Origin: Octopus sinensis
Lineage: Eukaryota
Direction: 5' to 3'
DNA length: 64,000 nt
Assembly: GCF_006345805.1 (NCBI RefSeq)
Contig: NC_043004.1
Coordinates: forward strand, 47,244,001 to 47,308,000
Below the pieces are notes generated by a model. The model was not told where the DNA came from. It did not search any database and worked only from the letters and a program-made list of their open reading frames with translations. Every line of letters begins with the position of its first letter. The first letter of the stretch is position 1. Positions 1 to 10,596 of the stretch are shown here, one piece after another. The translations under genes were made by a program, and so were the position numbers.

Positions 1-169
1 TAGATTATGCATATATATATATATATTTATGTCTGTGTGTGTGCGTGCGTGTGTATATACATATATACATATCTATATATATATACACATATATATATAT
101 ACACATATACACGCACATACGACGTGCTTCTTTCAGGTTTCATCTACCAAATTTACTCACAATACTCTG

Positions 170-278
170 GTCGACTGGAGGCTGCAGTACTAGACACTTG
201 CCTAAGGTACCACGCTGAGGGACTGGATCTGGAACCATGTGGCTGGGTAGGAAGCTTCCTACCACACATAGCCACGCC
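170..278 (-). mobile_element. tRNA-derived SINE, 5' head fragment (same family as 46756 and 61535)
   Basis: Reverse complement reads AGGCGTGGCTATGTGTGGTAGGAAGCTTCC...CACATGGTTCCAGATCCAGTCCC...GGCAAGTGTCT, matching the heads of the full copies later in the window. Confidence 0.75.
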
Positions 279-327
279 TTATCTATCTATCTATCCATCT
301 ATCTATCTATCTATCTATATATACATA

Positions 328-380
<53 letters not shown>

Positions 381-460
381 AATAAAGAGAGAGAGAGAGA
401 TAGATAGTTTAGATGACAGATAGTTAGATAAATAGATAGATAGATAGATAGATATCTGTG

Positions 461-508
<48 letters not shown>

Positions 509-957
509 TATGTGTTATGCGTGTGTATGCATACATATGTATACATATATGTATGCTTGTGTATGTGTGTATAGAGATTTATTTATAACAATGAACAAAT
601 GGACCTATACATATATACATACAATTATATATTTACACCGGCAAATACTATGGCAGAAAAGTGTATAAAATTTGGTAGTTTGATTGAAGTGTATGATGAA
701 GGTTGTAACACCAGTAGAGAGATATTCATTTAATTATAAATATCAATGACTTTAAAATGCGATAGTTATTAATTACTGCTATTCATGTATGTTACCTATA
801 TTTATCGAAGACATATTTTCATTGTCTATAGATTGCTGCTTCGTTTGCATTTCTGTGTCATTCATTAGTCACGTTTTCTTATACGTAATATGTAGATACA
901 TTGAAATATGCATAAATGTGTGAGTGTATATATATATACATATGTGTGTGTGCATGA

Positions 958-994
<37 letters not shown>

Positions 995-1035
995 CATATT
1001 GTGTGAGTGTGTATGATGTGTATATATATATATAT

Positions 1036-1400
1036 AATTTATAAAAATATGGTAAAGTAAAAAAATTCACTTTACCACACACACCGAACTTTTCAGAAAT
1101 AGCAGCCAAAAACATGGCTATTTCCTCAACTGCAAATAAAAGTCTCCAGACAATGCATACTCAGAAATAATTATTTTCTGAGTATGCATTGTCTGGAGAC
1201 TTTTATTTTCTGAGTATGCATTGTCTGGAGACTTTTATTTTCTGAGTATGCATTGTCTGGAGACTTTTATTTTCTGAGTATGCATTGTCTGGAGACTTTT
1301 ATTTGCAGTTGAGGAAATAGCCATGTTTTTGGCTGCTATTTCTGAAAAGTTCGGTGTGTGGTAAAGTGAATTTTTTTACTTTACCATATTTTTATAAATT
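1036..1400. repeat. Near-perfect ~135-bp inverted repeat with four tandem 32-bp units in the right half
   Basis: 1036-1170 is the reverse complement of the right arm ending at 1400 (one AC slip, one A difference at the centre). The unit TCTGAGTATGCATTGTCTGGAGACTTTTATTT starts at 1177, 1209, 1241 and 1273. Confidence 0.95.
1076..1129 (-). CDS. Candidate 54-nt internal coding exon (EEIAMFLAAISEKFGVC), mirrored as a 52-nt copy at 1309-1360 on +
   Basis: Acceptor CTTTTATTTGCAG, donor GTAAAG, open frame, phase 1 to phase 1. Product not recognised, and which arm is the genuine one is unresolved. Confidence 0.35.
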
Positions 1401-1635
1401 AATACTTCAAATACACCGTAAATGGTCTTTACATACCGAATACTGCTTGGTCGAATTTATTAACAATTAATTAATTCTACCCCCTTTTTTGATGACTATA
1501 TATATATATATATACTTATATACCTACATACATTTATATAACAAGCAAATGTATCGTGGGAGCAAGTCACTATAAGAGACGAATATAGTAGCTACACTGA
1601 GTAGTAACGTTTCTCACAACTTCCACATAGCTGCT

Positions 1636-1993
1636 CCGTACGTACCTGTGTTACTTCTATTTTTTAACCCCAAGAAGAATGCTCCCTATAGCTAGTTATG
1701 AAATGCATTCTGCAGCAGACATATACAGCAAGTAGGTAGGTGATCGAACCCCCTTACATCTTCTAGCGACTTGACGGAAACGTCTTGTTTCGGATTATGC
1801 ATGTATGACAAACATATGAGTAAATTGCACTAATAGCTCAATCTCAGACAGTTTGCCAGTTTGTCTAGCCGCTAGAAGATCGAATAGGGTTCGTCCCCTT
1901 CATGCAATATATGTCGGGTTCAGGCTGCTTCGATATCCGGCTAGAGAAGCTTCCTCTTTGGGTTAAAAATAGAAGTAGCATCAGTTCGTACGG
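1636..1993. repeat. Diverged foldback (MITE-like) with ~150-bp arms
   Basis: CCGTACGTACCTGTGTTACTTCTATTTTTTAACCCCAAG and CGAACCCCTTACATCTTCTAGCG on the left match the reverse complement of CGCTAGAAGATCGAATAGGGTTCG and TTGGGTTAAAAATAGAAGTAGCATCAGTTCGTACGG on the right. Confidence 0.8.
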
Positions 1994-2686
1994 TAAAGGC
2001 TTGTTGAACTAGCGACAAACATTACCCTACTCTACTCCTATTCTCTCTCTCTCCTATCTCTCTCTCCTCTCTCTCTTCTCTCTTCTCCTCTCTCTCTCTC
2101 TGTTATACAGTATACGTGTATTATGCTGTATGTATGTACGTATATATGTATATGTATTGCATATATGTATATGTGCATATATATGTATATATATATATAT
2201 AATATATAATCTATATATATATATATATTATATATATATATATATGTAAATATATGTGCATATGCATATCTATGTATATATACATATATATCTTTATATA
2301 TTTATATATATATATACATATAAATAAATGTATACGCGCACACATGTGTGCTTTTCTACATTTACAACAAACAGGACACAAACTGAATTTAACTATATAT
2401 AAACTGTGCATACAAGACAACCGACAACTTAGTATAAATCTATACCTCTTCAAGCCACAAAAAATCTTTGCAATTTACTTACAATCCGCCCATAATCCAG
2501 AACTATGGCCAACACATGTTTATGTCTGCGTACACAATAGCTAATGTAAATTCACATTGCTCCATCTTACAGACGAACAGCATGCCAAAGATTACTGTAT
2601 ATGAATCCTGGAAGATCTAGTGATATAAACTTTTGCCGTCACTACCAAAATTCATATGTATGTGCTTGTGTGTGGGTGTGTGCATG

Positions 2687-2768
<82 letters not shown>

Positions 2769-2819
2769 GATACATGTATATTATATATCATAGTATATTA
2801 TATATCATATAAGTATGTA

Positions 2820-2850
<31 letters not shown>

Positions 2851-2851
<1 letters not shown>

Positions 2852-3045
2852 ACTCATCCTCCCATAGAACGAAGAAAAAACGCAAAAATAGAACAACACG
2901 AGCACGTGATATACGCAAAGTATGAAAAGCTGCTCAGGGAAGGAAAGAAAACTCTTGTTCAGAAACAGGAAACAAAGGAAAGTCCACGAGAAATGGAAGA
3001 CTGAGGAAATAATGTCGCCAACAAACCACATGTAGTTACATCTTG
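2851..3045 (-). mobile_element. Probable PLE 3'-end fragment (relative of 35425-35642, hammerhead core deleted)
   Basis: Colinear similarity to 35425-35642 (AAAACGCAA, GGAAGGAAAGAAA, CAGAAACA, AAAGGAAAG, TCGCCAAC). The 3' end abuts (TA)n. Confidence 0.55.
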
Positions 3046-3401
3046 ATACATATGCGTGTGTGCATGTGTGTGTGCGTGGGCGTACACGTGAGTATGCGTA
3101 CCTATGTGACAATGCATGTCCTCGGATTAATCTATGCAAGTATTGTGGGATTGGTGTATATCTGAAAAATCGTTTGTGTCAGAAACATCACTGAACTCAT
3201 TTTCTTATTCCTCTGAAGCCAAGGAGCTTATCTCATGCGTATTGATTCTTCCGACAATATAATATTAGTCAATCTCAATATCAAGGAATCTCAATGGTTT
3301 CTCAATAACAGCATATAATGGAGGAAAACAGACACAAACACACACATATCTATACATGTATATATATGTTAAATACTTATGTACGTTTGCTTGTATTTAT
3401 C

Positions 3402-3442
<41 letters not shown>

Positions 3443-3642
3443 ATATATATATATGTATATATGTATATATATACATATATGTGTGTGTGTGTGTGCTTAT
3501 ATATATATATATATGTGTATGTATATATATATATTTATATACATTCGTTTATGTGTTTGCTTATGCATATTTCTGGACACACACACACACGTATATATAC
3601 AAATACATATATACGTGTGTGTGTGTTTGTGTGTATGTACAA

Positions 3643-3729
<87 letters not shown>

Positions 3730-4263
3730 ATATATATATGTATGTATCTACATAAACTGCGGGGCCATTGAACGATATGTGTAAGCCTTTTTCTAGATGC
3801 AGTATTATAATACAAAATACATTTTGAGAGAGTTTAATCAGCTATGGATCAGTGTAAGTATATAGTACCAAGATTACGCCAATAGTGTTCCCCCGCATCT
3901 CCTCATATTGCTCTCTCGTAAGAAGCTAGGATACGTAAATCCTTTGACAAATATTATTTTCATGCAGCTCTGACATTAATTTTTCCTTTCGATGTCAGTT
4001 TCTTATTGAAATTCATACTCATAAATCATCGCTTACTGCTTATTATAATCTCAGTATATTACCGAATACACCCATTTACGAATACATAGATATAAGTATT
4101 TACGCACGCACACACACACACACATACACACACGCACACACACACACACCCACAGAGATTCACACACTAGATACATGTTGACGGACAAACATACACACAT
4201 TCTGCCAAGCCACCGTTAATATACTTCTCAATGATTGAAAATATACCACCGAGTTTACATATA

Positions 4264-4670
4264 TATTTCTTTATTACCCACAAGGGGCTAAGCACAGAGG
4301 GGACAAACAAGGACAGACAAAGGGATTAAGTCGATTACATCGACCCCAGTGCGTACTTAATTTATCGACCCTGAAAAGGTGGAAGGCAAAGTCGACCTCT
4401 GCGGAATTTGAACTCAGTACGTAACGGCAGATGAAATACCTATTTCTTTACTACCCACAAGGGGCTAAACACAGAGCAGACAAACAAGGACAGCCAAAGG
4501 GATTAAGTCGATTATATAGACCCCAGTGCGTAACTGGTACTTAATTTATGTACCCCGAAACGGTGGAAGGCAAAGTCGACCTCGGTGGAATATGAACTCA
4601 GAACGTAACGGCAGATGAAATACCACTAAGCATTTCGTCCGACGTGCTAACGTTTCTGCCAGTTCACCGG
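4264..4670 (-). mobile_element. Head-to-tail dimer of a tRNA-derived SINE (near-full copy 4441-4670 plus 5'-truncated copy 4264-4440)
   Basis: Both match the full copy at 39886-40117: B box GTTCAAATTCC, central GTCGACTTTGCC..TTTCGGGGT..ATAAATTAAGTACCAG, tail CCCCTTGTGGGTAATAAAGAAATA. Confidence 0.9.
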
Positions 4671-5167
4671 TATTACATATATAACATGCAACACACAATT
4701 TGTTGTTATTGGAAATTTAGCAAGTTAATACCAGGTCGCATCACTATATTACAAAGCCAAACTTCCCGTACAAAATTAAAGCTGCTAAATTTTTAATTGT
4801 GCTCTCTGCAAAAAGTTGCGGAGGCAAGTGATTATGAAAAGCTGGGGATGGCATTCGGTGAAGGAGTATGATGTTGTTTGTAAAACTCCAAGCAAGGTGA
4901 ATGTGATCGAGGATTGAATAAGAAAACGAAATACAAAGATAACTATAAAAGGTATCGCTGGTGACGTTGGTTGGATTTTCTTTGACTTTGCAGGAGATAA
5001 TTTCTGATTTGTCATTGAATGACATATATTTAGGTGGATTCTCTACAGACATAGAGTTCCCCCAAACTAAACAAAAGTCGATACCACAAATTTATACTGT
5101 AGTCTGTGTTTAGGAAATAACTTTATATTTATTTTTATATTCAAAAGGGCCAGCTGCTAGACAAGCA

Positions 5168-5780
5168 TTACAGAGCTTTCTTTACATAAGAACCAGAATT
5201 ACTAAAACGAAAAAAAAAAAATTTTGAATGCTGCGCTTCATGCTGTCCAATTATTCTCTGATGTTTCCGAATGATATCACCATATTCTCTCTTCCGAGAA
5301 GGGATCATGTAACTCAATGACTTCTTATGTCCTCCACGCGATAATATTGTGAAGCGCTGAAACTGGTACGTTGATAGCAGAGATCTGGAGAGAGAAGGAA
5401 GGGGAATTAAACTAAAAGGAAAACGAATAAGAAGTATGAGAAGGAAGTCCTCTACATCCAGGATTGTATGAAAGCAACCAATCATTTCTCACACAAACAC
5501 TAAATAAACCAAAACCTGAAACAACTGTGTTATTGCCAAAAAGATAGTGAAGTAACTCAGATATTATGAGGAAGATATGGCAAGTGATTTTTGGTAAACA
5601 TTCCAATGGAGGGGAGGGTTCTGGAAAGGACAATCTTTGTCGTTGATAAGATTACTAGTAACCACATGGAGCACGTGGAAGATTTCTTGCCCAGCCCGGC
5701 GCAAATTAAATTCAACTTTCCTCTTCGTTTATACTCTTGAAGTGAAGCTGGCAGACAATGCCTGGGTTTGGGGAGTTTAG
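5168..5780 (+). pseudogene. Unidentified, intron-less, degraded coding-like segment
   Basis: Protein-like stretches across frames (NDFLCPPRDNIVKR*NWYVDSRDLE; KKYEKEVLYIQDCMKATNHFSHKH; MEGRVLERTIFVVDKITSNHMEHVEDFLPSPAQIKFN; YTLEVKLADNAWVWGV*) broken by stops and frameshifts. Composition is less AT-rich than the flanks. Confidence 0.35.
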
Positions 5781-6359
5781 CTAAATTGTATTAAATTATT
5801 GTACCCTTTGTTATATTATCATGAATGTATGTATTGTTATTTGCATAATTTAAAGCAAATTTTTATATGGTTATTGAATAACCTCCTTCAGGATTCTTGT
5901 CCTTGGGTAGCAACTTTTATTTCCTATTTGCTTACATATAGAAAGTATGCTTTTGTTATATTTATTCAAACCCTCAAGAATCCCTCTTAACACATGATGC
6001 TACGATGCTTCCCCACTACTCTTGTTCCTGATCAGAGAGGTACAGACACAAATGGACATGCTCAAGTGGTTAAGGACTAGCAGGTCTGTAATATTGAGCA
6101 GAATATTTGCTACAACGATATTTATGATTCAGCAACTCAGCGCTGAATTTATCTGAAATGTAATGAAAAATAGATCAGTTTCAAAACATTGAATTTCAGA
6201 TCACAACAGAAATGTTTGAAGGGAATAATATTTTACTTTGATGTCAAATGCAAATAAGAAAATAAAACACTTACTGACCAAAGACAAGCATTTAAAATAG
6301 TGTTACAGTGTTATCAACCCTTATATCAACTTAAATTTAAATTGTCTCTGTAGAGTTGT

Positions 6360-6742
6360 GTGGAAGCACTCCGTCGGTTACGACGACGAGGGTTCCGGTT
6401 GATCCGAATCAACGGAACAGCCTGCTCGTGAAATTAACCTGTAAGTGGCTGAGCACTCCACAGACACGTATACCCTTAACGTAGTTCTCGGAGATATTCA
6501 GCGTGACACAGAGAGTGACAAGGCCGGCCCTTTGAAATACAGGTACAACAGAAACAGGAAGTAAGAGTGAGAGAAAGGTGTGGTGAAAGAGTACAGCAGG
6601 GATCACCACCATCCCCTGCCGGAGCCTCGTGGAGCTTTAGGTGTTTTCGCTCAATAAACACTCACAACGCCCGGTCTGGGAATCGAAACCGTGATCCTAT
6701 GACCGCGAGTCCGTTGCCCTAACCACTGGGCCATTGCGCCTC
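6360..6742 (-). mobile_element. Full-length tRNA-derived SINE (GAGGCGCAATGGCCCAGTGG head)
   Basis: A box TGGCCCAGTGG and B box GTTTCGATTCCC on minus. The 3' body GTGTCTGTGGAGTGCTCAGCCAC..GAGCAGGCTGTTCCGTTGAT is shared with 28935-29240. Confidence 0.9.
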
Positions 6743-8287
6743 CTCTAGAGTTGTACGTAATGTGGCACGGTATCATTTTTTTCTAACAGTTTATGTTCTC
6801 AGTTCAAACCTGAACACAGTTAAGCTTACATTTAATCGCCCCTTATATTATCAATAAAATGAAACACCAGTGAATTTGGAACAGTCGTACAACTCGCTCT
6901 CTAATTTATGTCTAACATTGTACAAAATTGTAAATACCATAGATTAGGGGGGAAAGGTTTGGACGTGCGGCGAAATGTCTGCGGAATTTCTTCTGAATCC
7001 TTAAATTCCTAGTTTAAACCAAACAAATTTAAACGCGCCTTTCATTCTTCGTGGGTTGATTAAAGTATGATTATAAAGTATCTTCAACAGGATGATATTG
7101 ACTACACCCGTTCAAGAAACATACTCTTTGATGTGTCTGACCAAATATCTGGTATTGTAGCTCTTGAGATATTGTTGCTACTTCTTATATATTTCAAACA
7201 TTGTAAACTATACTTCTGAGTGACATATGTATCCGTCGAATTACCTCAGCTGTACAACTGCATTGCTATCTCAGACTCATGCTATACAATTACAGATTCA
7301 ACTTTCAATCTAAGTCATCTCAGTATGTTTTTAATCTACCTATTCATGTCATATCATTGTAATGCTATAGTTGTTTAAGTGTTTTTTTTCATTTATAAAC
7401 GTCTGCATCATGAATAAATAATTCGTGCACAGCAAAAGCAAAATGGAATTGAGCTAGTAAGCGAACTTACATGCGATCGTTTAATTACTGGAAAAAGCAG
7501 CCAATGCACATTTGAATCGCAGATTATCACCATGAAAATTTGATATTAATTGTTATGCTATACTCCGATCTATCACGGTTGATCGGGAACAAAACATTAT
7601 CAGCTCTTCAGAAATCATTGTGAATGTTCACAACATATTTGCGGGGCTGATTGGTGGAAAATGCATATGTCGTTCATCTGCGTACGGGGAAGTAAAAAAA
7701 AAAATTCCCGTGTCGACAAAAATGGACGCAGTGCTATTACGATTAATACAGGCTACTATACTCTCTTTCCTATTGAAGCATCTGCAACAAAATTTTATAT
7801 ATTGCAATTACTGCATAATAAGTAGGAATACATTGTGTTTGAGATTAATGGAAGGAACGATAGTAATAATAAAATCAAAAATATTTCATGGGCTATTATA
7901 ATTACAGTGACAAAACACTAAAAAAAATTTCTGTTTTCGTCTATCTACCGGCGAATAGTAGCATGAAAATGTCCCTTAAAATACACTCCGCACATTTTAG
8001 ATAATTCATTTTTACACAATGGATAGAGTGGTTTCAGATCACAAAATATCCAATAATGACCACACTGTGTCTCCTTGGAGACACGGCGTACGCATCACTA
8101 GAAAGCCTTTAATCATATTTTTAATTCACGTAGTGCAACCAGAAAATAAACAAGAACATCAACAGTACTTAGCGTTATAGTAACTTTGAGTCTAGCTGAA
8201 CCAGCGGTACAAATACACTAGATAAAGAGGATTGCAAAACATTCCGCAAAATAGACTGCGTATACATACGTGAAGTATATCAATAGA

Positions 8288-8709
8288 AGGAACTTTTCGG
8301 TTTGAACGGCAGTTTTTTCTAGCGGTATCATATGAAATTGTCACCCATAATTATGACCCTAGTATCGATCTATTGCATTTCAATCTGTTTTAGTGTTAGG
8401 GTTAGTGTTAGGGGTGGGAGAAAGGGTATTTTTTTCTTCACAAATGTAAATAAACCCTATCTGTTTCTTAAACGAGGGACATATTCATACGGCACAGAAT
8501 GTCTTTTACCTCAATAGACATCGGTGATTGGCTGAAATTGCAGAAATTGCAGAAAAAAAACAACAAATATCTTACAAACTATAGAATTTTCTCAATAAAG
8601 TCAAGAGAAAAAGATGTTTTATAAACACATTCTACCAATATACGAAGTTTCAAATTTTTAGTTACCTAGAAATTACGTTAAAAACTGCCGTTCAAACCGA
8701 AAAGATCCC
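8288..8709. mobile_element. MITE-like non-autonomous DNA transposon with ~29-bp TIRs
   Basis: Left GGAACTTTTCGGTTTGAACGGCAGTTTTT; right AAAAACTGCCGTTCAAACCGAAAAGATCCC. Internal TTAGTGTTAGGG-like repeats. No clear target-site duplication. Confidence 0.8.
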
Positions 8710-9707
8710 AGTAGAATCCATTGCAAGGTTGTCATTACAGCTGCACTCTCTCTCTCTCGGTTTTTCACTATCCATTGACTATGACACGATATGACGACTG
8801 AAAGGAGTATCTAAATAATATACTCTTTAGCATACTCGGTGTCAGGCTTGAGAAGGGAAAATATTAATAATATAGATAAAAGAAACGTTTAGGCTTGCCA
8901 GACCAGGCGCGTAAATGTTCGACAAACAAAACGTATATAATAAACATTTTTTTTTTCAACGTTCGAATCCTCGTAAAAGCGTCCGTGGCAATATATCGAC
9001 TAAAAGTTGAAATTAATTAAATTTAAAATACAACAATGGAGACTTAAAACCGTCTCACAGTTTCAGGTGAGAGGATTTAATAATTTCTGTTCCACACAGA
9101 ATCTTAATGCAAGGACGTCTTTGAAATTCTAAAATATGTTTTCTTCGAAAACGCTCTACACCAATATTTAAAGATAGTAGTTGAATAGATAAAATTTACC
9201 ACAGGCAAACTTCAATAGATAAGATTTACCACTGGCAAACTTCAATAGATATTTTATTAAATAAACCTGGTTAATCTTTGTTTGACTGTTTACAATATAA
9301 CAATTTCACTATCTTACTAGAATAATATATGTATATTAACAAAACAAATTTGAATTTCGCCTTTTAGTTTTATGCCATTTATATTGTATCAAAACTGAAA
9401 TCTAAATAATTGCTTAGATAAAACTGCCTGAAGAAATGCTCTTGAGTGGAGCAGCTGATCTGACTTATTCCATACAAGAAATAAAGTATTGCCGGTATAT
9501 TACAGACATGACATCAAATAGTAATAATGGTAATTATATAACGTATTTCATATGTATATATATATGTATATTTATATATACATATATATATAGATGTATA
9601 TTTATATATGTATATATATATACATATATATATATGTATATTTATATATGTATATATATATATATATACATATATCTATATCTCTGTCTCTCCCTCTCTC
9701 TCCCTAT

Positions 9708-9800
<93 letters not shown>

Positions 9801-10156
9801 GTATGTATATATATGTTTACATATTGAAGCAATTTGATTATTCAGAGTTAATAAGAAGAGTAGATAGACTTTTGACAAATGTTGGATGGTTTCTGAAGAA
9901 TCTTTCAATTTTAGGATTTAGGGTACAGATAATTTGACTGATCAGAAAATTATTCAGTAATTACCGTTTATGACAAGACTCTACTGCTGTTAGAATCAGT
10001 CATAACATATACATACCCTGTAATATATGTGTACCACTTATTAGTGAAATAATAAAAGACAGATACAATGTATGAATGCATTTACACACACACACACACA
10101 TATATATGTATATACATATGTATGTATATATGTATATATATATATATAAATGTATG

Positions 10157-10187
<31 letters not shown>

Positions 10188-10246
10188 GAATATATATATA
10201 TGTATGTATATATCTATCTATCTATATATATATACATATATATATT

Positions 10247-10440
10247 TTGATAGCTCCCGCCCACGCTGTCGCACCTGCCCCCCCCCCCGCCTTTTCAACG
10301 TGACCATCCTCACTGGCATCCATCACTGTCCATATCACGTAACCGACTCCTTTTCCTGCACCTCTAGTAATGTTATTTACTGCATCGCCTGCCTTCTCTG
10401 TCCTTCCCTGTACATTACTCAAATGGGACGCTGCCAGAAT
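10247..10440 (+). mobile_element. PLE GIY-YIG endonuclease fragment (Neptune/Poseidon-like), copy 1
   Basis: Translates YHVTDSFSCTSSNVIYCIACLLCPSLYI, the N-terminal part of a PLE endonuclease. Aligns with 13275-13450. Confidence 0.75.
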
Positions 10441-10596
10441 TAGTCATAATATATATATACATTCTGTCTAGTATATGTGTACCACATATTAGTGGAATAG
10501 TAAAAGGCCGATACAGTGTATACATGCACATATATACATATACAAACACATAGAATATACGTAACAGATATATATGTATATATATATATATATATA

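Noticed and set aside
1174-1301. Four identical 32-bp repeats, CRISPR-like in length
   Set aside because: The units are directly adjacent with no spacers, there are no cas genes, and the context is eukaryotic.
4744-5052. Minus ORF faintly resembling a LINE apurinic endonuclease (EIISCKV..NNIILL)
   Set aside because: No diagnostic motif such as GDFN survives, so it is too weak to call.
6650-6742. tRNA-like A/B-box sequences (also 32886, 34432, 39886, 46756, 61535)
   Set aside because: They continue into shared SINE bodies and lack a complete cloverleaf, so they are SINE heads and not tRNA genes.
9185-9250. Short tandem duplications (also 11510, 36125, 54640, 59090-59220)
   Set aside because: Ordinary 14-31-bp slippage duplications with no further structure.
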